Below, piece after piece: positions 17,249 to 27,039 of a stretch of 32,000 bases of DNA. The stretch lies in contig CAXXFV010000015.1 in the NCBI GenBank assembly GCA_963674595.2, positions 107,527-139,526 of the forward strand, given 5' to 3'. The DNA comes from a bacterium. GTDB lineage: Bacteria > Zhuqueibacterota > Zhuqueibacteria > Residuimicrobiales > Krinioviventaceae. Under the pieces are notes generated by a model that was given only the letters and a program-made list of their open reading frames with translations, did no database searches and was not told the DNA's origin. Within the stretch, counting starts at the first letter, position 1, and each line of letters opens with the position of its first letter. The position numbers were made by a program, and so were the translations under genes.

Positions 17249-18541
17249 TTGATAAAAATAGAAGAAGAACAAAAAGAACGTGCTATTGTTGTCGGCGTCA
17301 TTCGTCCCGACCAAAACCGGTTTATGGTTTCCGATTATCTCGATGAACTGGAACTTTTGGCAGATACTGCCGGCGCTGAAATTGTCGAGCGTATGGTGCA
17401 GGAACGTGACCGTTTTGATCCGGCCTTTATGATTGGTCGCGGAAAGGTGCAGGAGCTTTCGGCAATGACAAAATATTTGGATGCCGACCTTGTAATTTTT
17501 GATGATGATTTAACACCTGCCCAGGTTAAAAATATTGAAGAAGTTTGTAAGGTTAAAATTTTGGACCGAAGCGGTTTGATTTGGATATTTTTGCCAAACA
17601 TGCCAGAACACGCGAAGCCAGAACACAGGTCGAACTGGCACAGTTAAAATATTTACTGCCGCGTTTGACACGTCAATGGACGCACCTGTCGCGTCAGGTT
17701 GGTGGTATTGGTGTTCGCGGACCGGGTGAAACACAGCTCGAAGTGGACAGGCGTATGCTGAGAAAACGCATCGGGGTTTTGGAAGCTGAACTGGAAAAAA
17801 ATTGCCCGGCAGCGATCCATCAGGCGCAAAAATCGCAAAACCGTATTTAAACTTGGGCTTATTGGCTATACAAATGTGGGTAAATCCACAATTTTAAACG
17901 CATTAACCGAAGCTGATGTTTTGGTGGAAGACCGTTTATTTGCTACCCTGGATTCCACCATTCGTTCCTTTAAACTTTCAGAACATCAGGCGGTTTTGTT
18001 GATCGATACGGTGGGTTTTATTCGCAAACTGCCCCATCATTTGGTCGCTTCTTTTAAAAGCACATTGGAAGAAGTTTCCAACGCCGATTGTTTGTTACAC
18101 GTTATAGATATGACCCATCCGCAGTTTCGTGAGCAAATTTATGCTGTGGAACGTGTTTTGTCAGAGTTAAAAATGGACAAAAAACCTCTGTTAAAAGTTT
18201 TTAACAAAATTGACAAGCTGGAAGATTCGACACTTATAGCAAAATTAAAACAAACCGACCAGCCCTGTGTGTTTGTTTCGGCAAGTCAGGGTATCTTTTT
18301 AAACGATTTGAAAGAACAGGTTAAAACCTTTGTTGAACATGCATCGAAAAACCTGCAGCTTGTTTTAGCTATTCAGGATGTTAAAGTTTTACCGCTGTTA
18401 AATCAGTTTGCAGAAGTCGCGAATATCACTTATGAGGATGACAGGGCAATTATTGATTTGCGTGCTACAGAAGAGAATGTGGGACGAATTAATCGTTTGC
18501 TTGAAAAGGAAAATATTTCTGTATTAGAGGTGCAGGATTAA
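17249..18541 (+). pseudogene. hflX: GTPase HflX, interrupted by two compensating frameshifts (three ORF fragments: 17249-17647, 17581-17850, 17876-18541)
   Basis: The fragments join into a collinear 431-codon HflX: ...DRSGLI|[29 protein letters not shown]...[12 protein letters not shown]...ELEK|IARQR...LIGYTNVGKSTILNALT...DTVGFI...NKID. The first and third fragments share one frame. The middle fragment is in a different frame. Confidence 0.9.
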
Positions 18542-18542
18542 A

Positions 18543-19892
18543 ATGAGATTTCTCGTTGTAGATGATGATACCAATGTGTGCTCGTCGCTAAAATGGCTGT
18601 TGACCCAGGAAGGGCATAAAGTTCAGACAGGTTCAAACGGAAATGCAGCCGTAAAACTGGTTCAGGAAAACGAGTTTGATGCGGCTTTTATGGATGTTAT
18701 GATGCCGGAACTGAATGGTTTGGATGCCCTGAAAAAGATCCTTGAAATTGCACCTCAGTTAAAAGTTTTTATGATATCCGGACAGGCTGATATTGAAATG
18801 GCCGTCAAGGCGACAAAATATGGGGCTTATGATTTTTTGGAAAAACCGCTCAATCCTGAACGAACCCTGCTTGAAGTTCGTAAACTGGTTGAGCAAACAA
18901 AGGCCCAAAAGGAAATTAATTCTTTAAAAAAACTGGCCGATGTTGATTATCGAATAGTTGGTGATTCTCTGGTTATAAAAAATTTGCTGGAAATTGTTCA
19001 CCGGGCCGCTCCCAGTGAGGGCAGGATTTTAATATTTGGCGAAAACGGCACGGGCAAAGAGCTTGTTGCCCGTGAAATCCACAAAACAAGTGCCAGAGCA
19101 GATGCCCCTTTTGTGCAGTTGAATTGTGCCGCCATTCCGGGTGAATTGATCGAAAGTGAATTGTTTGGTTATGAAAAAGGGGCTTTTACAGGCGCCATCC
19201 GGCGCAAACCGGGGCTCATTGAACAGGCTGAAGGCGGGACTCTGTTTTTGGATGAAGTTGGTGATATGGCCCTGGAAACGCAGGCAAAACTTTTACGGGT
19301 CCTCCAGGAAAATGAATTTTTCAGGGTCGGTTCTACAAAACCGATAAAATTTAATGTGCGGATTTTAGCCGCAACCAACAAAGATTTGAGTGCTGAAATA
19401 AAACAGGGACGTTTTCGTGAAGATTTGTATTTTCGCTTGAATGTGATACCTGTGAATGTACCGCCTTTACGTGAAAGACTGGAAGATATTCCGGACCTGG
19501 TGTCCCATTTTTTACAACGGTATTCCATTAAAAACGGGAAAAAATTAAAAAAATTATCCGATAAATCAATTCAAATGCTGCAAAATTACCATTGGCCGGG
19601 AAATGTCCGGGAACTTGGAAATATAATTGAACGTTTAGCCATTATGACTATTGGTGATAATATTATGGAACAGGATGTGAGTCTTGTTTTGGGAGGAACC
19701 GGTGACAATAATGAAAATGCTTTCACTTCCAATTCCTCTTTTACATCGCTCAAAGACCAAATGGACCAGGTTGAAAAAGCCATTCTGTTAAAAGCTTTAA
19801 AAGACTGCGAAGGGAATATTTCTAAAGTGTCTTCTATGCTTCAAACCGATAGAGCGAATTTGTACAAAAAGTTTAAAAAATATGGAATATAG
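18543..19892 (+). CDS. sigma54-dependent response regulator (NtrC/AtoC family: REC, AAA+, Fis-type HTH)
   Basis: 449 aa. Receiver domain (VVDDD, phospho-Asp in FMDVMMP). Walker A GENGTGKE, the GAFTGA sigma54-contact motif, RVGS, and a C-terminal HTH. ATG lies 1 nt after the hflX stop. Confidence 0.93.
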   Translation: MRFLVVDDDTNVCSSLKWLLTQEGHKVQTGSNGNAAVKLVQENEFDAAFMDVMMPELNGLDALKKILEIAPQLKVFMISGQADIEMAVKATKYGAYDFLEKPLNPERTLLEVRKLVEQTKAQKEINSLKKLADVDYRIVGDSLVIKNLLEIVHRAAPSEGRILIFGENGTGKELVAREIHKTSARADAPFVQLNCAAIPGELIESELFGYEKGAFTGAIRRKPGLIEQAEGGTLFLDEVGDMALETQAKLLRVLQENEFFRVGSTKPIKFNVRILAATNKDLSAEIKQGRFREDLYFRLNVIPVNVPPLRERLEDIPDLVSHFLQRYSIKNGKKLKKLSDKSIQMLQNYHWPGNVRELGNIIERLAIMTIGDNIMEQDVSLVLGGTGDNNENAFTSNSSFTSLKDQMDQVEKAILLKALKDCEGNISKVSSMLQTDRANLYKKFKKYGI

Positions 19893-19938
19893 GTCTGGTT
19901 CGAAAGAGACGAATCTACATTACAAGAGGAACAAAGGA

Positions 19939-21630
19939 ATGAATTTAAAAAGCAGATGGATCAGTGTTTTAGCGGTTATCCTGTTCAGCTTTTCCTCCCT
20001 TTTTGCTGATGTTAAAATAAGGGGAACGAATCGGAATTATCAACAAGGGGAATGGATCACATACGGAACGACCCGTTTTATAAGGTATATATCGCTGGGG
20101 AATGAATTTGTTTACTTTGCAACAACCGGGGGTATTACTCGTTTTAATTATTACAGCAACAGGTGGGATTTCCCGTGGACGATCAGCAATGGTTTGGCTG
20201 ATAATAATATTTTTTTGGTGGCCCAAGATTCGGGCACAGGATATTTATGGTGTGTTACTGAAAAAAGCCTGAGTTGTTTGGAACCGGCAACAAAGTATTG
20301 GAACAACTATTTTTTCGATGAAATGAACCTGGGAAATGTTTATAATGGTGAAGCAATCTTGTCCCTAGGGTTGGGACGTTCCGGAGAATTGTACGTTTAT
20401 ACCAAATATAAAGAGATATACAAAACCGACTATTTATTTGTAAATTTTGACCGGGTAGAAGAAAGCATTAATAATCTAACACAGCAAAATCAAATAAAAT
20501 GGTTTGGTGGAGCTTTGGAACCACAACGAGGAGAAATGCCTTTTTTCTTTTTACCCCAGGGATATTTATTGGATAAAGATAATCTTTTTATCAGTGATTT
20601 GAATTTTAGAGATGTTGATATTACCTATTGGATAAGAGATTCGTGGCAAAATTTATGGGTTGCCACGTGGGGACTTGGTGCGGCAAGGGGCGATATGAAT
20701 GTTATGCGTATGGAACTATTACCCTATGGTTTGTGGGATGAAACAGTGGACGCTGTCATCAAAGATGAAGATGCCTTATGGGTTGGAGGTATACAACAAC
20801 ATGATGACATTGCCGGAATAACCGAATTTTATGAAAATGATGAACCGGTATATTATGAACCCCATTTTATTACCGGTTTTGATAACGATCGGATTTCTTC
20901 AATTGCCTCTAACGGAAAGGCTATTTGGTTTGGTACTGATGATGGTATTACAAAATTCAATAAACACAACAATAAATGGACAACCTTGAAAGAGATTGAT
21001 AATTTAATCGATAATAAAGTAACCGATATTGTTGTTTATGGAGACAATTTGTTTGTTTCTACGTTACGAGGTGTGTCTCATGTTTATACCGCAGCCGCAA
21101 ATAAAGACTCTGCTTATATTAATGATATTTTATACAAAAGTCTGGGCGAAATTAAAGTTTATGATCTTGAATTGCAGAAAAATTTACTGTGGATGGCAAC
21201 GGAATTTGGTATTTTTATATATGATATAGAAACAGAAAAAGGCGGTTATTATAAAGGGGCGATTGGGCCGTCAGACCGGCAAACTTTTGCCGTTTCTCAT
21301 TATCAAGATGAAGTTTGGTTTGGCACTGAAGACGGCGTTGCTGCTTTTAATGTGGAAACAAAAACATGGCTGAAACCACCGGCAAAGTTGTATGAAACCG
21401 ATGCCGAAATTTATAAAATTTTAGCTGATAAAGATGCCGTATGGGTAGCTACGAATCAGGGTGTATTGAAATACAACCGGTTTATGGGACGATGGACCCA
21501 GTTTACGGTTGAAGACGGCTTACCTTCACAAAATGTATATTCTCTTATGCTGGACGGAGATTATATCTGGTTTGGAACGGACCAGGGTTTGACAAAGTTT
21601 TATTGGAATTCACCTTATCGGACTGACTGA
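19939..21630 (+). CDS. secreted beta-propeller protein with two-component-regulator-propeller (Reg_prop)-like repeats
   Basis: Signal peptide MNLKSRWISVLAVILFSFSSLFA follows AAAGGA-N-ATG at 19939. Recurrent W(F/V)GT(D/E)xG(I/V/L)xK(F/Y)N blades: WFGTDDGITKFN, WFGTEDGVAAFN, WVATNQGVLKYN, WFGTDQGLTKFY. The ORF-track start 19882 overlaps the upstream gene and is less likely. Confidence 0.75.
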   Translation: MNLKSRWISVLAVILFSFSSLFADVKIRGTNRNYQQGEWITYGTTRFIRYISLGNEFVYFATTGGITRFNYYSNRWDFPWTISNGLADNNIFLVAQDSGTGYLWCVTEKSLSCLEPATKYWNNYFFDEMNLGNVYNGEAILSLGLGRSGELYVYTKYKEIYKTDYLFVNFDRVEESINNLTQQNQIKWFGGALEPQRGEMPFFFLPQGYLLDKDNLFISDLNFRDVDITYWIRDSWQNLWVATWGLGAARGDMNVMRMELLPYGLWDETVDAVIKDEDALWVGGIQQHDDIAGITEFYENDEPVYYEPHFITGFDNDRISSIASNGKAIWFGTDDGITKFNKHNNKWTTLKEIDNLIDNKVTDIVVYGDNLFVSTLRGVSHVYTAAANKDSAYINDILYKSLGEIKVYDLELQKNLLWMATEFGIFIYDIETEKGGYYKGAIGPSDRQTFAVSHYQDEVWFGTEDGVAAFNVETKTWLKPPAKLYETDAEIYKILADKDAVWVATNQGVLKYNRFMGRWTQFTVEDGLPSQNVYSLMLDGDYIWFGTDQGLTKFYWNSPYRTD

Positions 21631-21634
21631 TTTT

Positions 21635-22921
21635 ATGATTGACGACACTGAAGAGCAATTTCAAAATGCCGTCCGGTATCTTTATGATCTTGAGGTTTTT
21701 GGGATAAATTTGGGCCTTGATCGGATGAAGGCCCTGTTAAATGCATTTGGAAATCCTCACCAGAACATGAAATTCATTCACATCGCCGGAACGAATGGCA
21801 AGGGTTCTGTTGCCGCGATGCTTGATTCGGTTTTACGGGAACACGGTTATAATACCGGACTCTATACATCACCTCATCTTGTTGATGTTCGTGAACGAAT
21901 TCGGTTTAATGGTGATTTTATTTCAAAACAGGATTTTATTACTTTTGTTCGCAAACTCGAACCTGCTATAAAACAGTATCAATGTACATTTTTCGAAGCA
22001 ATGACCGCTTTGGCCCTGTTATATTTTTCCAGTAAAAATATTGATTATGCTATATTGGAAGTCGGGTTAGGCGGAAGGCTCGATGCCACAAATGTGGTAA
22101 CTCCCGTATGTTCGGTTATTACATCTGTGCAATTCGACCATACAAGTCATTTGGGAAAAACACTCAAAGATATTGCTGTTGAAAAGGCCGGAATTATTAA
22201 AGAAAACATTCCCAGTGTTGTCGGAGATTTGCCATTAGAAGCAAAAAGTGAGATTGTCAAGATCGCCCAATCTAGAAAGAGCATGTTAACAGATGCATCA
22301 GTAAAATATCGATTAACACATGTCGATGTTTCAAAAGACAAATCTTTCTTTCAAGTTGAAACGCCCTTGTGGGGAGACAAACCGTTTGAAATACCTTTTA
22401 TTGGTGAGTTTCAGGTAAAGAATACATTAATTGTTTTGGCAGCTCTGTTTCAATTAACCGATCATAATTTGGCCTTGAGTTACAACCATATTAATAATGG
22501 GTTGCGTAAAGCTGTCTGGCAGGGACGGTTTCAAAAAATACAAGAGAACCCAACCGTTATTGCAGATGTGGCCCATAATCCGGCTTCTATGCAGCAACTG
22601 GTGAAAAATTTTGAAAAATTGTATCAGGATTCCAAAATAGTTATTCTGCTTGGATTGCTTGATGATAAAGATTATAAACAAATTATTGAAATTTTAAAAC
22701 CTGTAGTAAAAATAATAGTTCCTTTGGAGATTGATGCAAAACGAGCGCTGAATCCGTCCGTGTTACAACGTGAAATATGTAAATCAGGGATCGAATCGGG
22801 TCCTGTTTCAACTGTAACAGAAGGATTGGATTACGCATTAAAACATTATAAGAATTATATAATTTGTGCAACCGGCTCTCATTTTGTTATTGGTGAGGTT
22901 TTTAAGAAAATAAAAGCTTGA
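21635..22921 (+). CDS. folC: bifunctional folylpolyglutamate synthase / dihydrofolate synthase
   Basis: 428 aa, Mur-ligase family. P-loop HIAGTNGKGS, TSPHL, EVGLGGRLDATN, DVAHNP. Confidence 0.9.
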   Translation: MIDDTEEQFQNAVRYLYDLEVFGINLGLDRMKALLNAFGNPHQNMKFIHIAGTNGKGSVAAMLDSVLREHGYNTGLYTSPHLVDVRERIRFNGDFISKQDFITFVRKLEPAIKQYQCTFFEAMTALALLYFSSKNIDYAILEVGLGGRLDATNVVTPVCSVITSVQFDHTSHLGKTLKDIAVEKAGIIKENIPSVVGDLPLEAKSEIVKIAQSRKSMLTDASVKYRLTHVDVSKDKSFFQVETPLWGDKPFEIPFIGEFQVKNTLIVLAALFQLTDHNLALSYNHINNGLRKAVWQGRFQKIQENPTVIADVAHNPASMQQLVKNFEKLYQDSKIVILLGLLDDKDYKQIIEILKPVVKIIVPLEIDAKRALNPSVLQREICKSGIESGPVSTVTEGLDYALKHYKNYIICATGSHFVIGEVFKKIKA

Positions 22922-23072
22922 CAAAAAGGATATTTTTTTTTAATTTTTTCTGTTAAAACCTGAGTTACCTCTATTTTTATACACACCAAAAGATCTTCAA
23001 AATTATTACAAGGTGATAGTATTGACTGTTAAGGCAGAGATGCTTTTTATATTCAGGAAAAGGTGAAATCGC

Positions 23073-24167
23073 GTGGCCCGTGTTGAGCTAAAGAACGTAT
23101 CAAAGGTTTATGATAAAAACATAAAAGCTGTTGATTCTATTGATTTAGATATCCCTGATAAGGAATTTGTTGTGCTTGTTGGACCTTCCGGATGTGGTAA
23201 ATCAACAACATTACGTATGATTGCCGGTTTGGAAGAAGTTACCTTGGGAGATATTTGGATTGGTGATACCCGAGTTAATGACATTGCCCCAAAGGATAGA
23301 GATATTGCAATGGTTTTTCAAAACTATGCGCTTTATCCTCACATGACAGTCTATCAAAATATGTCATTTGGTTTGAAATTGAGAAAATTTTCTAAAAAAG
23401 AAATTGATGACAGGGTCCGGGAAGCAGCAGAAATTCTCGGCATTACAGATTTACTCGACCGAAAACCCAAAGCTCTTTCCGGCGGCCAGAGACAGCGTGT
23501 TGCTGTTGGTCGTGCCATTGTGCGAAAACCTAAAGTATTTTTATTTGATGAACCATTATCCAATTTAGATGCCAAATTGCGTGTGCAAATGCGTACTGAA
23601 ATTTCCCGGCTACATACAAAAATCGGAACAACCATGGTTTATGTAACACATGATCAGGTTGAGGCCATGACGATGGGAGATCGTATTGTTGTAATGCGTG
23701 ATGGCGTGATCCAACAAAATGATGCTCCATTAAATTTATATGAACATCCAAAGAATAAATTTGTTGCCGGGTTTATTGGAAGTCCCGGTATGAATTTTAT
23801 GCCCGGTGTTTTGGAGAAAAATGGTTCCTTAGAATTTAAAAATAATAACATTAAGCTTACTATTCCCGAAAAACGAAATAAAGTCTTGGAGCCTTATTTT
23901 GGAAAAGATGTGATTTTTGGAATTCGGCCTGAAGACGTAAACATTGTAAACGACAGTTCTCCAGGGGTTTCCACTGCTGCATTTTCTGTCGATGTTGTTG
24001 AGCAGATGGGAAATGAAATATTTATACACCTAAGTTCTAACGATATATCTCTCGTAGGTCGAATAAATCCCGAAACAAATGTTAAAGTTAATTCTATTGT
24101 AAAAATAGGTTTTGATATGAATAAAGCACATTTTTTTAACATAAAAAATGAGGAGGCTATTTTTTAA
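23073..24167 (+). CDS. ABC transporter ATP-binding protein, MalK/UgpC/MsmK (carbohydrate importer) type
   Basis: 364 aa with GTG start after AGGTGA. Walker [11 protein letters not shown]-loop, signature LSGGQRQR, Walker [12 protein letters not shown], and a C-terminal TOBE-like regulatory domain. Confidence 0.92.
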   Translation: MARVELKNVSKVYDKNIKAVDSIDLDIPDKEFVVLVGPSGCGKSTTLRMIAGLEEVTLGDIWIGDTRVNDIAPKDRDIAMVFQNYALYPHMTVYQNMSFGLKLRKFSKKEIDDRVREAAEILGITDLLDRKPKALSGGQRQRVAVGRAIVRKPKVFLFDEPLSNLDAKLRVQMRTEISRLHTKIGTTMVYVTHDQVEAMTMGDRIVVMRDGVIQQNDAPLNLYEHPKNKFVAGFIGSPGMNFMPGVLEKNGSLEFKNNNIKLTIPEKRNKVLEPYFGKDVIFGIRPEDVNIVNDSSPGVSTAAFSVDVVEQMGNEIFIHLSSNDISLVGRINPETNVKVNSIVKIGFDMNKAHFFNIKNEEAIF

Positions 24168-24405
24168 GATTGTTTCTAATTAAAAGTAGGTCTTTGGCTT
24201 TTAATCGGGGAGATTCTTGTCAAATTACAAGTGTTTAAAAACAGGATTATATACTACCTAAAACTAATATTTTAACCCAAATAACAGCAAATTAGAAAAT
24301 TGAATAAAAGATGCAAAAGGATCAATACAACTTGTTATCTTTTGTCTATTTTAAGAGAATGTAAGATATTTTTGCATGCTTTGACTAAAATAAAAGAGGA
24401 AATTC

Positions 24406-25653
24406 ATGGATATTACTGAACTTAAGAATTTAAAAATTGCGGAATTAACGCAAATGGGCCAGGAGTTGGGCATTTCAAAGGTAACTGGCTTGAGAAAATC
24501 CGAACTTATTTTTAAAATTCTTGAAGAACAAACAAAAAGAGAAGGTTTCATCTTTGCCGAAGGCGTTTTAGAGGTCTTACCGGACGGTTATGGTTTTTTA
24601 AGATCAACTGATTTTAATTATCTTCCAGGCCCAGATGATATTTATGTATCACCTTCTCAGATTAAACGTTTTGGTATGCGTACAGGTGATACTGTCTCCG
24701 GGCAGATCCGGCCGCCAAAGGAAAATGAAAGGTTTTTTGCCCTGCTTAAAGTAGAGGCGATTAATTATGAAAATCCGGATGAAGCCAAGCTCAAAATTCT
24801 TTTTGATAATCTGACACCTTTATACCCTGATGAGCGCATTAATCTGGAAACAAAATCCAAAGATTATTCCATGCGTATTATGAACCTGTTAACGCCTATT
24901 GGTAAAGGTCAGAGAGGATTGATCGTTGCGCAGCCGAAAACAGGTAAAACTACACTGCTGCAACAAATTGCAAACAGCATAACGGCAAATCATCCCGAAG
25001 TTAATATGATTGTACTGTTGATTGATGAACGCCCAGAGGAAGTAACCGATATGCAGCGATCTGTAAAAGCAGAGGTTGTCAGTTCTACTTTTGACGAGCC
25101 GGCCGAAAGACACGTTCAGGTAGCCGATATGGTACTGGAAAAATCAAAAAGACTTGTTGAATATGGCCAGGACGTGGTTATTCTGTTGGATAGTATTACG
25201 CGATTGGCCCGTGCTCACAATGCTGTTGTCCCTCACAGTGGAAAAATCCTTTCCGGTGGTGTGGATGCAAACGCATTACACCGTCCAAAACGCTTTTTCG
25301 GAGCGGCCAGAAATATTGAAGAAGGCGGCAGTTTAACAATAATTGCAACCGCATTAATCGATACCGGAAGCCGAATGGATGATGTTATTTTTGAAGAGTT
25401 TAAAGGGACCGGTAATATGGAGCTTGTACTCGACCGCCGTCTTTCGGATCGTCGTGTATTTCCTGCTATCGATGTTAACCGTTCAGGAACGCGTAAAGAA
25501 GAATTGCTGATGAACCCGATGGCCTTAAACAGAATCTGGATTTTGCGAAAATTACTGGCCGAATTGACAACAGTAGAGGCGATGGAATTTTTATTATCAA
25601 AAATTCAGGGTACAAAATCCAACAAGGCATTTTTGGAATCCATGAGCATGTAA
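24406..25653 (+). CDS. rho: transcription termination factor Rho
   Basis: 415 aa. N-terminal [21 protein letters not shown]-like RNA-binding domain (GYGFLR), Walker [20 protein letters not shown]. Confidence 0.97.
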   Translation: MDITELKNLKIAELTQMGQELGISKVTGLRKSELIFKILEEQTKREGFIFAEGVLEVLPDGYGFLRSTDFNYLPGPDDIYVSPSQIKRFGMRTGDTVSGQIRPPKENERFFALLKVEAINYENPDEAKLKILFDNLTPLYPDERINLETKSKDYSMRIMNLLTPIGKGQRGLIVAQPKTGKTTLLQQIANSITANHPEVNMIVLLIDERPEEVTDMQRSVKAEVVSSTFDEPAERHVQVADMVLEKSKRLVEYGQDVVILLDSITRLARAHNAVVPHSGKILSGGVDANALHRPKRFFGAARNIEEGGSLTIIATALIDTGSRMDDVIFEEFKGTGNMELVLDRRLSDRRVFPAIDVNRSGTRKEELLMNPMALNRIWILRKLLAELTTVEAMEFLLSKIQGTKSNKAFLESMSM

Positions 25654-25688
25654 AACAATAAAAATAAGAGTGATTATAAATGTTTTAC

Positions 25689-25717
25689 TTGCATTCAGTT
25701 GAAAATTTTGTTATCTT
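25689..25717 (+). promoter_or_regulatory. candidate sigma70-type promoter upstream of rpmE
   Basis: TTGCAT (25689-25694), a 17-nt spacer ending in TGt (extended -10), then TATCTT (25712-25717). About 60 nt upstream of the rpmE start. Confidence 0.3.
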
Positions 25718-25776
25718 ATTTCCTGTGTAAAAATGTAAAAAGTTGTATTATTCTATATATATAAGGAGAGATTTCC

Positions 25777-26001
25777 TTGAAGAAGGACATACATCCAGAA
25801 TATAAAATTGGAACGATTACGTGTGCTTGTGGAAATACCTTTCAGGTAAAATCCACAATTGGCGATTTGGATTTGGAAATTTGTTCCGAATGTCATCCAT
25901 TTTTTACCGGTAAACAAAAATTCATTGACACCGCAGGTCGTGTTGATAAATTTCGTAAAAAATATGGAAATTATAACAAATCTGCTGCACAAAACTCTTA
26001 G
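25777..26001 (+). CDS. rpmE: 50S ribosomal protein L31 (zinc-binding type A)
   Basis: 74 aa, MKKDIHPEY...CACG...[13 protein letters not shown] start after AAGGAGAG. Both Cys pairs are present. Confidence 0.93.
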   Translation: MKKDIHPEYKIGTITCACGNTFQVKSTIGDLDLEICSECHPFFTGKQKFIDTAGRVDKFRKKYGNYNKSAAQNS

Positions 26002-26020
26002 TTTTTTTAAGAAAAATTTG

Positions 26021-26069
26021 AACGGAATATTAGACCTCTGTTTCAGGGGGCCATTATTCCGTTTTTTTT
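26021..26069 (+). terminator. intrinsic terminator after rpmE
   Basis: AACGGAATA (26021-26029) pairs with TATTCCGTT (26055-26063). An inner helix forms from CCTCTG/CAGGGG. An eight-T run follows (26062-26069). Confidence 0.6.
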
Positions 26070-26097
26070 GTTTATAGATGCCGGAGACGGAATACCT

Positions 26098-27021
26098 ATG
26101 GAAAAGATGAAAAAAGTAGCTGTGGGCGGACAGGCTGTTATGGAAGGCGTTATGATGCGTGGGCCGGAACATGTAGCCGTTGCTGTAAGAAAGCCGGATG
26201 GTGGAATTGTTGTTAAAAAGGAACCTTTTCAATCCATCACAAAGCGATTAAAAATACTTGGCTGGCCTGTTTTAAGAGGTGCTGTTGTGCTTGTGGAATC
26301 TCTTATTATCGGTGTGAAGGCTTTGACCTTTTCCGGCGATATTGCTATCCAGGAAGAGGAACAAAACACTAAAAGTAGCAATGATTTTTGGAATAAACTT
26401 TGGATGGGTTTATCGATTGTTTTTGCCTTTGCTATGGGAATGGGATTGTTTTTTTATGTTCCGTTGATTCTTACGGAATTGTTTAAATTCGAATCCACAA
26501 TTTTGTTCAATCTGGTTGACGGTGTTTTTCGTTTGGCTATATTTTTACTTTATCTTTATATTATTACACTGTGGAAAGACATTCAAAGAGTTTTTGAATA
26601 TCATGGTGCTGAACATAAAAGCATATTTGCCTATGAAGATCAAAAAGAGTTGGTCGTCGATTCGGCCCGTGATTATACAACTCTACATCCGCGTTGCGGG
26701 ACCAGCTTTTTACTGATTGTTATGATTGTTAGTATTTTTGTTTTTATGTTTTTAGGCAAACCGTCAACGATAGCTGAGCGTTTTTTGCGAATTGCATGCG
26801 TTCCGTTAATCGGTGGATTATCCTATGAGTTTATAAAACTTTCGGATAAAGGTTTTAAAAATAAATTTTTTCGCATTTTTATCATACCAGGGCTGTGGCT
26901 GCAAAAGTTAACAACCAGAGAACCTGACGATAGTCAACTGGAAGTAGCTATGGTTGCCTTAAAAAGTGCGCTTGGTCATGATCCGGTTGCAGGACCGTCT
27001 CCTGTTGAAGTTTTATCTTAA
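26098..27021 (+). CDS. DUF1385-family integral membrane protein (unknown function, release-factor-operon associated)
   Basis: Family signatures GGQAVMEGVMMRG, EYHGAEHK, HPRCGTSF, plus several hydrophobic helices. ATG 26098 follows GGAGA and lies downstream of the rpmE terminator. The ORF-track start 26068 falls inside the terminator T-run. Confidence 0.85.
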   Translation: MEKMKKVAVGGQAVMEGVMMRGPEHVAVAVRKPDGGIVVKKEPFQSITKRLKILGWPVLRGAVVLVESLIIGVKALTFSGDIAIQEEEQNTKSSNDFWNKLWMGLSIVFAFAMGMGLFFYVPLILTELFKFESTILFNLVDGVFRLAIFLLYLYIITLWKDIQRVFEYHGAEHKSIFAYEDQKELVVDSARDYTTLHPRCGTSFLLIVMIVSIFVFMFLGKPSTIAERFLRIACVPLIGGLSYEFIKLSDKGFKNKFFRIFIIPGLWLQKLTTREPDDSQLEVAMVALKSALGHDPVAGPSPVEVLS

Positions 27022-27039
27022 TTTTTTTGAGGCATTTTT

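Noticed and set aside
19882-19938. N-terminal extensions in the ORF track: 19882 for the propeller gene, 26068 for DUF1385, 7290 for recA.
   Set aside because: Downstream ATGs have Shine-Dalgarno-like sequences and give a proper signal peptide or a canonical N-terminus. The extensions overlap the upstream gene or a terminator T-run.
23022-23050. Possible promoter TTGACT upstream of the ABC ATPase gene.
   Set aside because: No -10 hexamer lies at an acceptable spacing: TTTTAT falls at 17 nt, and TATATT only at 20 nt. This is too weak to list as a feature, so it appears only as context in a finding.
24311-24364. 17-codon upstream ORF (MQKDQYNLLSFVYFKRM) in the 238-nt rho leader, considered as a possible leader peptide or attenuator.
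   Set aside because: It has only a weak ribosome-binding context, and I could see no associated alternative hairpins. A short ORF in AT-rich sequence is expected by chance. Rho autoregulation does not require a leader peptide.
25753-26232. 159-aa minus-strand ORF spanning rpmE, its terminator and the DUF1385 start.
   Set aside because: It overlaps a canonical L31 gene and an intrinsic terminator on the other strand. The translation has no recognisable features.
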